64,000 nt of DNA. It comes from Octopus vulgaris (Eukaryota). Location of the stretch: positions 72,974,001 to 73,038,000 of the forward strand of contig OX597814.1 in assembly GCA_951406725.2 (NCBI GenBank), given 5' to 3'. Position 1 is the stretch's first letter. Each line of letters starts with the position of its first letter. The position numbers and the translations under genes were made by a program. The notes beneath the pieces were generated by a model that ran no database searches, was not told where the DNA came from, and worked only from the letters and a program-made list of their open reading frames with translations. Of this stretch, positions 14,002-26,700 are shown piece by piece.

Positions 14002-15256
14002 TCAGGTCATTCCATAAGTAATGTCATTTTTCAGATTTTACTTGTTGAAACATATTCTAATATGTTTAAACAAGATTTTTTTCATGGGTGCATAAATACC
14101 ACAGAGCTGGAAAAGCTTCAGTTAGATAGATTCTGGATTGCAGAGATACAAATAATAATTTGTTGCTTTAATAGTCCCTCATGAAAATGGAGGTCACAGA
14201 AGAGTACATGAGAAAAATTGGGCTTTACGAGCATACAGAAGTCAACAATGTAACAAATGCTGTAAAAATGTGCAACAAGTGTATGGTGAAAGTGTTTTGA
14301 ATATTCACAAATACCAATGGTGGTTCCATAAATTTTGACAAGAGGACTTTAGCTTGGAAGATGCCCACCACTCTGGGCATGCTCTCTTTTTTAATGATGT
14401 GTTGAAAGCCGCAATTGTTGAAGGATTAGCAGAAGTTGTTAATTCCTTGTCATCAACTGTCCATCACCATTTGCAAGAACTTAGAATCATGTCTAAGCTT
14501 GGCAAGTGGGTTCCACATGAACTAAGTGAAAACAATCAAAGAGAACATGTCAATATTTGCACTGCTCTTTATTCATGTGTGAAAAAATGTCCGGTTTTGA
14601 ACCACCTAATGACTAGTGATGAAAGTAGATACTCTATAAGAATGTTAAATGTCAAGTCAATGAGTTCAACCAGGAGAACAAGCAAGACCCCATCCAAAAC
14701 AAGATCTTCATTATTGGAAAGTTTTGTTAAGCATTTGGTGGAGCATGTTTGGTGTAATACACTTTGAAACCTTGCCACAAAACCAGATAATTACAACTCA
14801 AGTGTACTGTGAACAAACTGATAGATTGAATAAAAAATTTACAGAAAAAGGTGATAGTCAGTCAAAAGGGTGTCCTTTTCCATCATAACAATGCCAGGCT
14901 TCATACTGCAAGAATCACATGTGCCAAGATTGAAGAGCTAGGTTGGGAAAAGCTTCTACATCCTCCCTATTCTCCTGAATTTCCTCCTTTGGGTTATCAT
15001 TTTCCCAAAGCTTGCAAAATTTTATTGATGGAAAAGAATACAATTCCTTAAAGGCACTTGAAATAGACCTTCAAGAGTTTTTCTCTTCTAAGCCAGCTGA
15101 TTTCCATAGAAATGGTTAGAAAAACCCTTTTACAGCATTGGAAGAATGTTATTGATTCAGATGAGGAATATATAGGTGATTAAATTGGTACCTTATTTGA
15201 TTTTTTATTTCTTCAAAGCCTACTACAAAAACATCATTACTTATGGGATCACCTGA
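14002..15256 (+). mobile_element. Mariner DNA transposon, degenerate
   Basis: TA-flanked TIRs TCAGGTCATTCCATAAGTAATG / CATTACTTATGGGATCACCTGA. Transposase relics include KLGKWVPHELS, TSDE, HHNNARLH and LHPPYSPE. Confidence 0.92.
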
Positions 15257-16415
15257 TAATATGACTCAGTTTTTTATCAATCTTTTCATAACCTTACATT
15301 TTCACAAAATTAGAAGCTGGAGATGATTGTCATTATCTTGGCTTACTTGTTTGTTTACAACTATATTTTGAATATAGAAATATTCTAAAATTGTCTTTAT
15401 CTCATTCTACTTTGTCAATATATTTTACTATCTTCTCTATGAAAATTGCTGATCTTTTAGATACAATTTATGTACAATAAGTCTAATTGTTGATGCTCAC
15501 ATATGTGAGCACTTTCCTACTTTTTCTCTCCAGAAAATAATTTCTGTTATTTATTCTAAATTTGAGTAAATTTTGTTTGAACAAGGAATTGGTATAGAGG
15601 CAAATGATAAGCCAAAATAGCACTTCCTGATGTTTATGATCAATTTCACTCTTTAGTTCCTACTTTATAAATTCCCTTTTATACTAATTATCATAATCAT
15701 CCTTATTCATCAATATTTTAATAGATTTTGTCATGTTTACATTATTAAACCAGGTTTGCAATCTCTGTGCACCTTGATCCTAAAGCATGCTAATTATTAT
15801 GATAAACCTTATCAAAATCAATACTATGCTAGAATTCTTTTCAACACTTACACCATTTCTGTTATATTAAAGGACAAGTAGACTTTGCCTTTTAAATTTT
15901 TTTTTATTTTTCATTGCCTGGGGTAGTTTGGGCTGTGTCAAGTTTGACTTCATTTTGTCTTATTACATGAAGATAAAAGTAAAGTTTTTACCCAGTGTCA
16001 CAGTACATGACTGGTCATTGTTATTGCATCAGTAGCTTTGTCTAAGTCTAAATGTTATTAATATATTCTGTTGGTCCAGGACAAGTTAACAGAAACAATA
16101 GAGCACTGGACAAAATACCAAACATTATTTATTTTATTTCTCTACTGAAGAAATCATCTTTAACTGGCATCCCTCTTGTGGTCAATATAATATGTACCTG
16201 TAAATTATTTAGCTTCTTTTAGTCATCTAATTTGCTTCCTTCAGAGAATTGATCCTGTGCAGCATAAACAGAAATTGATTTATTAGTTAGCATCATTTTC
16301 TGCTTTGTCTATATTTCATTTATATTTAATCTATTTCTTCTATGTTAAGAAATTCTAAAACTATCTTTTCTGCTTTAGTCCTCGAAAATTAAAGTTATTT
16401 GATTTTGACTTTTAG

Positions 16416-16527
16416 CTATCTGATTCTGAAACCAAATGCCATGCACTTCAGGAGCAGGTCTATGAACTGAAAGAACATATTGCTTGTTTACATTCAGAAA
16501 TAGAATTAAAAGAAGCTCAAAATAAAG
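16416..16527 (+). CDS. LRRC45: LRRC45-like gene, exon B
   Basis: ttttag|CTATCT...AATAAAG|gtagat; LSDSETKCHALQEQVYELKEHIACLHSEIELKEAQNK; phase 0-1, which bridges exons A and C. Confidence 0.72.
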
Positions 16528-16610
16528 GTAGATATTAATAATTTCACACATTATCAATATATTCTCGCTACATAGTAAACATGTTTAAATATGTTGTTTC
16601 ATATATCAGT

Positions 16611-16880
16611 CATCATCATCATCATCATCATCGTTTAACATCCGCTTTCCATGCTATTGTTTAATATCCGTTTTCCATGCTAGCATGGGTTGGATGGTTC
16701 GACTGGGGTCTGGGAAGCCAGGAGGCTGCACCAGGTTCCAGTCTGATCTGGCAGTTTCTACAGCTGGATGCCCTTCTTAATGCCAACCACTCCATGAGTG
16801 TAGTGGGTGCTTTTTACGTGCCACCGACACAGGGGCCATAAGAAGTTTGGAAATGGCCACGATCAGTTGGTGCTTTTGTT
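16611..16880 (-). mobile_element. RTE LINE 3' tail
   Basis: (CAT)n plus GGATGCCCTTCTTAATGCCAACCACT; same family as 1664-1910. Confidence 0.85.
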
Positions 16881-17351
16881 AAATAGTTTGTCTAAGATTG
16901 AAATAAAAGTTCAAAGTCAGGGTATAAGAATTGTTGAGTAAAGTCAGTGTTATTGATGATAAGATTGAATTGCTTCAAGTTAGATGGTGGCAAGCAGGGA
17001 AATGGACAGTAAGGCAGTTCCAATGAAATTAAAATTCTGATGAAAATCAAGGAGGAATGATATATTGAATAGGTTTGTGTAGAAGGAGTTTATAGTTAAA
17101 AGTTCAATGAGAAAGGTCATTTTAGTAGTGAAAGAAGAAACAGTGACACATTGAAGCAGTACTTGAAAGTAATGAAGTGTTAGCTGCAACCTGAATTGTA
17201 GTGAAAGATGAGCTATGATTATGACCAGCAACAATGGTATATAGAAAAACAAACTGTAAAAATAATGGCTAAAGACAAGGCAGTTAAAGATGTAAACTGA
17301 AATAATATATCACTGGTGTCAACAGTGTACAATAATAATAAGTTCTCATGG

Positions 17352-17605
17352 ATATGGCTATGTGATTAAGAATTTTGCTTCACAACCTTGTGATGATTTC
17401 CATTCTGATCCCACTGCATGACACCTTATACAAGTATTTCTACTAGAGCCTTGGATTGACAGTGAAATTTGGTTTATGGAAAGTGTATGAAAGCTTGTTG
17501 TGTGTGTGTGTGTGTGTGTGTGTGCGTACATGCCCCAGACTTACCAACTTGTCAAACTGTTCAACCCATGCAAGCATGGAAGGTAGACATTAAATGTTAA
17601 TGATG
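17352..17605 (+). mobile_element. tRNA-derived SINE with RTE-like tail (degenerate)
   Basis: Head TGGCTATGTGATTAAG...TTCTGATCCCACTG, internal (TG)n, tail CAACCCATGCAAGCATGGAAG...AATGATGA. Confidence 0.55.
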
Positions 17606-17689
17606 AATGAGGATTATATATGTATATGAATTCATAAAATTTTTCTTGATAATGTATACTTGCTTTTATTAAAAGTAATTGATAAGCAG

Positions 17690-17736
17690 TTTTTTTATTG
17701 TTATTGTTGTTGTTGTTGTTGTCGTTATCATTATCA

Positions 17737-17767
<31 letters not shown>

Positions 17768-17794
17768 CATTATTATTATTATTATTATTATAAG

Positions 17795-17842
<48 letters not shown>

Positions 17843-17844
17843 AG

Positions 17845-17888
<44 letters not shown>

Positions 17889-17889
17889 G

Positions 17890-17925
<36 letters not shown>
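17690..17925. repeat. (ATT)n/(GTT)n microsatellite
   Basis: Directly visible. Confidence 0.99.
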
Positions 17926-17926
<1 letters not shown>

Positions 17927-18144
17927 TTTCAACGCGGATGGACGTGTCTCCGGAAGCGGCGTAAGTTTTGTGCCAATTTCATTGGAAATTTCTTTAAAAG
18001 TTGTAATATTTTTGGATAATTTTGTGGCCAAGCCGACTAACTTCGTACGAAGCTAGTTGGCTAGGCAAAATTTTACCCCATTGGGGGTAAAATTACATTT
18101 TAAACTTTTGAACTTTGTCAAAATAACAAACATTTAAACAAAAA

Positions 18145-19952
18145 ATGGCTATGAAACGAGCAGTTAGCTGTTCCTTCCTTCCAAATACATTCCCTCCACA
18201 AACACACACATTATCACAAACTACACCAAAAAAACACCTACTTCGCACCGTAAAAGGCAACAGAGATCCTCCTTCCGAACCGGAAAGCACGCACGCCATT
18301 CGAAAAGAGAATGCAAAGCAGGACGTCGCGTTCGACGTCACTCCTGATTTCCCCCCTCTGCCTTCAACAAGTGATGTTGTACCGAAGGGGGAGGAAAAGA
18401 AAAATATGCATCCAATTGACACAAACATGAAAAGTAATCTTAGTGAAAAAACTTCCAACGGTTTTGCTTCTGCTGCGAAGCAAATTTCGGAGGAAGTAAA
18501 GATTACTTTACAAGACATCAAAAAGGCGAAGGAGTTATTGAGGAAGGATGGCAATAGCATCTTCCTCAATACTCCACAAGAAGTAATTGACAACACCAAC
18601 AGGAAAACAATTACATACCGGGTTTTCGATAGGAAACTGAAAAGAATAACAAACGCCACACCCCAACAGTTAGAGATAGCTCTAAAGCCCATTTGGGCCC
18701 AAAAGAGCTACATAACCAAGGGGAAGCGTTTCGGAACCGTGGAGGTTCGCTTCCCAACAGAGGAGCAAGCAAGGGCGAACGCCATTTCGCCCTTGAAAAC
18801 AGAGAGTTTGTTACTCATTCCAACCCACCTCGGGCGAAGAGTGACAAAAATAAAAATTGACCTCGTACCACCTGAACTCGATATGTCATGGCTGGTGGCA
18901 GCTGTCCTCTATGACATAGAGGACACTACCACCATTCTGGATGTCAGGAGAGTCAGGGAGAAAAACTGGTTGGGGATGGGAGTGCTGCTTCTTGCTCAAA
19001 TTCAGCAAGAAAATATCAGCAAGGTCCCAGATTTCGTCAGTTTGCCGGACGGCACCAGGCTAAACATTGCTGTAGAGGGGCGAAAGCCAAAATGTTTCCT
19101 CTGCAGCAGCGAAAGCCACTTAAAGAGGGACTGCCCCATTCAAAAAAAGAGAATGGAAGAATACAGCAAGAGGCAGCAGTAACAACAACAACAACAACAG
19201 AAACAACAACAACAGAAACAACACGAAACACCAAAGGCTGCTACACCATCAACACCATCACCAGCACCAAGACGAACAACACCACCTCCAACAACAACAA
19301 CCACCACCAAACCAACACCAGTACCTAGAAGGTCGACAGCAGCAACATCAAGAGCAACAGGAGCAGCGGCACCACCGATACCGGCGGAACCAACAACTTT
19401 TCGTCCTGCTGCTGAAGCAGACCTCTCATCTATTCCTTTGCCGGATGAAGAGTACTCGGATTGTGCGAGCTCTGATTCCAACAAAGGAGAATGGAGCACA
19501 GTGCCTCCAAAAAAGAAAAGGAGGAGAAAACAAAAAGACATACAGGGGAAGCACGAACAAATAGTGCTTCCCAACATCAACAACAACAACAACAACAACA
19601 CACACTCACAACAACAAACAACAACAACACTTTCGACACCACTACTGCCATTGCCACTGCCACAGACACAATTACATCAATAAATACAAAAAACCAGGAA
19701 CTGGTTGAGTATTTGAAAGAAAAAACAAGTACAAATATAACGGATTTCGTTATACCAACACGAAACACACCACCAGCACACATTCTCACAATAAAAATAA
19801 ACAAAACAACATACAACGAAATTAAACAAATATTCCCTAACGATGTGGGATCGTTAGGGAAAAGTTTCTCTAAGAAACTGTACAAAAATATTGTGGAAGC
19901 ACCCATGCAAAAGCACAAGGGAGCCACCCCCACCACCAACAACAGTAAGTAG
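18145..19952 (+). pseudogene. LINE ORF1 (RRM-like region, zinc knuckle CFLCSSESHLKRDC, P/T/Q-rich linker)
   Basis: CX2CX4HX4C knuckle. The TAA at 19180-19182 is CAA in copy 2. The frame continues to 19683 and a -1 frame continues to 19952. Confidence 0.85.
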
Positions 19953-19995
19953 AGCCTTTTTTTTCTCCTTTTTTTTTTTTCCTAACTTTTGAAAC

Positions 19996-22900
19996 ATGGC
20001 AAATCTTAGAATCGGTTGCTTGAATGTGAGAGGCCTCGGGTCACCTTGGAAACAGGGTCACCTGTTAAACGACCTGAGGTTTCATGATGTGGATGTAGCA
20101 GCCATCAGTGAAACCAGGCTCTCCGACCCGCAGGAACTCGCAGCCCTTTTCGGCGGATACGAGATATTTCTATCTCCATGTCGGCCGGGAGCGGGCGGTG
20201 GTGGTACTGTGGTGTTGTTTCGGAAGGGCCTGGACTTGAAAATAAGGACAGTCTTCTTGGATCCGGAAGGTAAGTTGGTGGTCCTCGACGTGGACGGTAG
20301 TGACGGCGGTGCTTTCAGACTGCTGGCTGCCTACACTCCGACAGGAGCAGGGCAGTCAGATTATTTCAAACGTCTGGAAGTTTTCATGGGAACGTCACGC
20401 ACTCTAGTGCTAGTTGGGGATTGGAACGCTGTCTTAGACGAACGTTTCGATCGGGTGGGCAGGGGAGCGTCTGATAGGAGAGGGGGAGGGTGCAAGAGCC
20501 TCGCCAACCTACTCGGCCGCTTTCAGCTGTCCGACAGGTTTCGACTAGACAACCCGAATGTGCCAATGTGGACTTGGACCAACCGCATCCGGTCGTCTAG
20601 ATCGTACTTAGATAGAGTGTTTTGTAGGCCAGCGGATAAGGACAGCATAGGGTGTCCACAATTCCACCTAGTCGAATATACGGACCACAAATTAGTGATC
20701 TGTACGGTCGACTTAGATAGGCTACATAGACAGGCACCCGGCTACTGGAAGCTGAACGCGTCGTTAACGGCGTGCAAAGCTTACAGAGACCGGATTAGTT
20801 ACTGGTTAAGCGGGCACTCACGGGGGCAATCATCAACAACAACTGGTGGTTTGTCCCTCAAGAGAGCAATTAGAGTAGAGTCGATTAGGTATAGTAAGAC
20901 TCTAGCTATTGAACGTAGGAAGAGAGAGAGGGATTTAGTTAAGAAACTAGATGAGGCTCTTGACACTGGCATCGCGACCGACGTGTTGGCGGCAAGGTTG
21001 GCCCTCGACCAACACTTCGACGCCAAACATGAAGGCTGTGTTGTCAGAGCTAAGGCACGTTCGCTAAGCGGGGAGGGGACTAGAGCCGCTCGATGGGCCC
21101 GCGTGGCGGAGGCGAAGCGAGGCAACAAAGCAACCATTCGGTCTTTGGTGGACCAGAACGGGCGCGAGGTTACCGAACCGAAGCAGATGTGTACGGTGCT
21201 TCAGCGGCACTTTGCTCAACTGTTTGGAACGAGCGGTGGAACGGACAACGGTGCAGACTTCGGTGTGTACCTGGACGGCCTACCGCAACTCTCGGACAGC
21301 GAGGCAGAGTGCTGCGAAGGACCGATATCTGCCTGGGAAGTGGGAGAAACGATGAAGAGTTGCACGAGAGGTAGATCGCCAGGTTTGGATGGTCTGCCCT
21401 ACGAGCTTTACTTTTCAATGCCAGACTTGTTTGCGGGCCTGTTGGCAAACGTCTACTGCAACTGGCAGCAAAACGGGAGAATTCCTGCTTTTGTCTGTCA
21501 AGGGGTGGTGGCTTTGCTGAAGAAGGACCCAAACAAGGGGGACATTATAGGGAATTTCCGGCCCATCACTCTGCTCAATGCAAAGTTGAAGATTTTGGCC
21601 AAGGTGCTAGAGATTGGCGCTTGTCGTGGACAAGCTGGTCGGCTGGACGCAGACATGTGCCGTGCCGACCAGGTCGATACACGACAACCTCCATCTCATG
21701 CGCTACATCATAGAGAGGGTGGGTAATGACGCTGGCGCGGGTGGGGCTTTGATCAACTTGGATCAGAGTAAAGCCTTCGATAGGGTCGACCATCGGTACC
21801 TGGCAGCTGTCCTCAAGGCAGCCGGCTTCGGTCCAGTGTTCCGCGGGTGGATAGCTGCTTTATACAGCAACATTTGCTCGGTGATATGGGTGAACGGTCA
21901 CCTTTCGGAACCGTTCGACATCTCGCGTTCGGTCCGCCAAGGATGCCCTCTCTCCTCCCTCTGGTACATTTTGACTCTCGAGCCTTTACTGCGCAAGGTG
22001 GAGGCTTTGAGGGGTATCCCGCGCGATCTAGGAGGTGGAAACAGCGTGTCTGCTTATGCCGACGACGTCACCATGGTGGTGTCGAGCCACAGGCACATTG
22101 GCCTGATTGGCGAGACACTAAACCAGTACGAAGCGGTGACAGGGGCAAAGATTAACGCGGAAAAGTCTGTGGGCTTGCAACTGGGCACCTGGAGAGGCAA
22201 GCCTATGCCGTCCAACAGCGTCGTAGGACGCTGGACAGACGGACCCGTTAAACTGCTCGGGGTCTGGTTCGGTCCGGACCTCCAGGTGGACAAGAACTGG
22301 GAAGAGGTGACGAGCAGGGTGGCATGTCTCACCCAGAAATGGGCCGAGAGGAAGCTGTCCCTGAAAGGTCGAGCGGAGGTGGCGAATGCGTACATCGCAT
22401 CCGTCATCTATTACCGCTTGACCGTCGTCCCTTGTCCTGACCGCTGGTTGGCCAAGCTGGTACGCCTGCTCTTCGACTTTTTGTGGAAGGGTCAGGTGCC
22501 ACTGGTCAGGCGATCCATCTGCTGTCAACGACCGCTGAACGGAGGCCTTGGAATGCCGTGGTTGCTGTTGCGCAGACATGCGCTCAGGCTGCGGCATCTC
22601 AAGCGTTTCCTAGACGGTGAACAGGTGTGGTTGTCTTTTGTCAGACGCGATATTCCGCAGCTCGTCTCTTTGACGGAGCTGCAGACCTGGATCAAACGTA
22701 GACCGAGAAAGGGCGCTTGGCACCTCGAGTGCCGTCAAGCCCTCTCCGCCCTCCGCCAGGCGGGCAATGCGATCGGTTACAGCTCCACTCTAGCGTTCTA
22801 TAGAGGGCTAGTGGAGGAAAAATGTGACGACGTTTTCGGGGAAACTCTAGGCGTTGAAGACGACGAACTGAGCGGTCTGTTCGGGAGGACTTTCGGGCCG

Positions 22901-23422
22901 GGGCCGATGGATAATTTCCAGAGGTCTCTCGCCTGGCAGTGCTACCGAGGGGCTCTGCCTGTTCGAGATAAACTCTACCGGCACGGAAGTGCCGTCAGCC
23001 GGGCCTGCCCGAAGTGTTGCCAGGACGACGAAACCGTTCTGCACGCACTCGTCCAGTGCCCGGGTATTGCTGAAATATGGGTTTATGTCGAACAGCTACT
23101 GTCACGTGTAGGACGGATCCGACTATCGGCCGAATCCATAGTGAAGATTGCCCCGCCGACCTCCTTTAACAAGGAGGGCGAGGCCGTTTTCTTGTGCCTA
23201 GTGGCTGTGGCGAAAGAGGTCGTGTGGTGGACTCGTTTGAAAGGGCTAAAGACAGACACTTTCCTCTTTGGTCAAGGCCTCATCAACTTTTTCAAGTTTC
23301 ACTTGAAAAGGAAGATGAGGATAGAGAGGAAAGTGCTGTCCGATAGCAAGTTTTATGAAAGGTGGGTGAATTGTGCGAGACTGGCCTGTATAAATGGACC
23401 AGTTCTCAGGTTTCGCCTGTGA
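19996..23422 (+). pseudogene. LINE ORF2: APE endonuclease, reverse transcriptase, C-terminal Cys/His finger
   Basis: LNVRGL, SETR, GDWN, YLDR, TDH, WKLN, SPGLDG, FRPITLLN, DQSKAFDRV, VRQGCPLS, YADD, CPKC...ETVLHALVQC. Frameshift at ~21610. Confidence 0.93.
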
Positions 23423-23697
23423 TTTCAAAAAGGTAATACAAAAGGAGAAAAAAGGGGACTCTCTACACCCCCTTTTTTTGACCAGGCTCCCGTTGGCTTT
23501 TGTAGGGTTTTTCCACCAGGAACCTTTCGAAACGTCTCCCCCTTTTGGGAGTTTTTCATTGTTGAATTTTTAAATTGTTATAAAGATTTTTACTCGATGT
23601 TTTTCAAAAACGGCAAAACCCTTTGTAACCTTTCGTCCTGTCTTGTCCCTTTATGTAATCATGCGTGTCAGCCCTTGTGGCCAATAAAAAAGAATTG

Positions 23698-23729
<32 letters not shown>

Positions 23730-23730
<1 letters not shown>

Positions 23731-26700
23731 TCCAACGCGGATGGACGTGTCTCCGGAAGTTCTGTGATTTTTGTGCCAATTTCATTGGAAATTTGTTTGT
23801 GAGTTGAAGTATTTTTTAATATTTGCGTGGCCAAGCCGACTAACTTCGTACGAAGCTGGTTGGCTAGGCAAAATTTTACCCCATTGGGGGTAAAATTATT
23901 GTTTATATTATTGACATTCACATTATTTTGCACACACACAATTCCAAAATGTCGTTAAAAAGAGCTGCTGGCTCTTCCCTCCTTGCAACACCACCCCCTC
24001 CACAAGAAGAAAAAATTTCGTCAGCGGTTCCGAACCGCCCATTTCAAGCCGTAAAAGGCGAAGTAAACATTACAATGGAACGTACTGAAAAGCAAAGCGT
24101 TCCAAATAAGAACAAAAAAGACGGCGTCTCTTGCGACGTCATTTTAGATTTCCCCCCTTTACCTTCAACTAATGTTATAGTACCGAAGGGGGAGGAAGGG
24201 AATGATATGAATAAGAGAGAAATAAACAAAGAAAAAAAAATTGAAGAAAATTCCAAAGGTTTTGCTTCAGCTGCGAAGCAAATTTCGGAAGAGATACAAG
24301 TTTCGATGAAAGATATTAAAATGGCAAAAGATTTGTTGAGAAAAGAGGGAAACAGTGTTTTCCTCAACACACCTCAACAACTCATACAAGAGACCAACAC
24401 AAAAACAATTTTCTATAAAGTTTTCGAAAAGAAAACTAAAAGATTGGTTAACGCCACACCCCAACAGTTAGAAATGGCTCTGAAGCCCATTTGGGGCCAA
24501 AAGAGCTATGTGACAAGAGGGAAGCGATTTGGAACCGTGGAGGTTCGCTTCCCAACAGAGGAGCAAGCAAGGGCGCATGCCATTTCGCCCTTGCAAAATG
24601 AACATTTGTTCCTCTTTCCGATGTACCTCGGGCGTAAGGTCCAAAAAATAACAATAAATACAATACCCCCCGAACTGAATATCTCATGGCTAGTGGCGGC
24701 TATCCTCTATGGCATAGAGGACACTGCCACTATTCTAAATGTTCGGAGGGTAAGAGAAAAGAACTGGTCAGGTATGGGTATTGAACTGCTGGTACAGATA
24801 CAGCAGGAAAACATCAATGCCATACCTGACTTTGTAAATCTTACTAGATGGGACCAGGCTAAACGTTACTGTAGAGGGGCGAAAGCCAAAATGTTTCCTC
24901 TGCAGTAGCGAAAGCCACCTGAAGAGGGACTGCCCCATTCAAAAAAAGAGAATGGAAGAATACAGCAAGAGGCAGCAACAACAACAACAACAACAGAAAC
25001 AGCACGAAACACCAAAGGCTGCCACACCACCAACACCATCACCAGCACCAAGATGAACAACACCACCTCCAACAACAACAACCACCAAACCAACACCAAC
25101 ACCAGTACCTAGAAGGTCGACAGCAGCAAGAAGAGAAGGTGAGAGCTCACCAACGCGGGCACCATCAACAGCAACAGGAGCAGCGGCACCACCGATACCG
25201 GCGGAACCAACAACTTTTCGTCCTGCTGCTGAAGCAGACCCCTCATCTATTCCTTTGCCGGATGAAGAGTACTCGGATTGTACGAGCTCTGATTCCAACA
25301 AAGGAGAATGGAGCACAGTGCCTCCAAAAAAGAAAAGGAGGAGAAAACAAAAAGACATACAGGGGAAGCACGAACAAATAGTGCTTCCCAACATCAACAA
25401 CAACAACAACAACAACACACACTCACAACAACAAACAACAACAACACTTTCGACACCACTACTGCCATTGCCACTGCCACAGACACAATTACATCAATAA
25501 ATACAAGAAACCAGGAACTGGTTGAGTATTTGAAAGAAAAAACAAGTACAAATATAACGGATTTCGTTATACCAACACAAAACACTCCACCAGCACACAT
25601 TCTCACAATAAAAATAAACAAAACAACATACAACGAAATTAAACAAATATTCCCTAATGATGTGGGATCGTTAGGGAAAAGTTTTTCTAAGAAACTGTAC
25701 AAAAATATTTTGGAAGCACCCGTGCAAAAGCACAAGGGAGCCACCCCCACCACCAACAACAGTAAGTAGAGCCTTTTTTTTCTCCTTTTTTTTTTCCTAA
25801 CTTTTGAAACATAGCAAATCTTAGAATCGGTTGCTTGAATGTGAGAGGCCTCGGGTCACCTTGGAAACAGGGTCACCTGTTAAACGACCTGAGGTTTCAT
25901 GATGTGGATGTAGCAGCCATCAGTGAAACCAGGCTCTCCGACCCGCAGGAACTCGCAGCCCTTTTCGGCGGATACGAGATATTTCTATCTCCGTGTCCGC
26001 CGGGAGCGGGCGGTGGTGGTACTGCGGTCTTGTTTCGGAAGGGCCTGGACCTGAAAATAAGGACAGTCTTCTTGAATCTGGAAGGTAAGTTGGTGGTCCT
26101 CGACGTGGACGGTAGTGACGGCGGTGCTTTCAGACTGCTAGCTGCCTACGCTCCGACAGGAGCAGGGCAGTCAGATTATTTCAAACGTCTGGAAGTTTTC
26201 CTGGAAACGTCACGCACTCTAGTGCTAGTTGGGGATTGGAACGCTGTCTTAGACGAACGTTTCGATCGGGTGGGCAGGGGAGCGTCTGATAGGAGAGGGG
26301 GAGGGTGCAAGAACCCCGCCAACCTACTCGGCCGCTTTCAGCTGTCCGACAGGTTTCGACTAGACAACCCGAATGTGCCAATGTGGACTTGGACCAACCG
26401 CATCCGGTCGTCTAGATCGTATTTAGATAGAGTGTTTTGTAGGCCAGCGGATAAGGACAGCGTAGGGTGTCCACAATTCCACCTAGTCGAATATACGGAC
26501 CACAAATTAGTGATCTGTACGGTCGACTTAGATAGGCTACATAGACAGGCACCCGGCTACTGGAAGCTGAACGCGTCGTTAACGGCGTGCAAAGCTTACA
26601 GAGACCGGATTAGTTTACTAGTTAAGCGGGCGCTCACGGGGGCAATCATCAACAACAACTGGTGGTTTGTCCTCAAGAGAGCAATTAGAGTAGAGTCGAT

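Larger units (their letters stand above)
17926..23697 (+). mobile_element. Full-length Tx1/L1-clade LINE, copy 1
   Basis: 5' UTR, ORF1 with CCHC knuckle, ORF2 APE-RT-zinc finger, 3' UTR with AATAAA. Flanked by (ATT)n on both sides. Confidence 0.93.
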
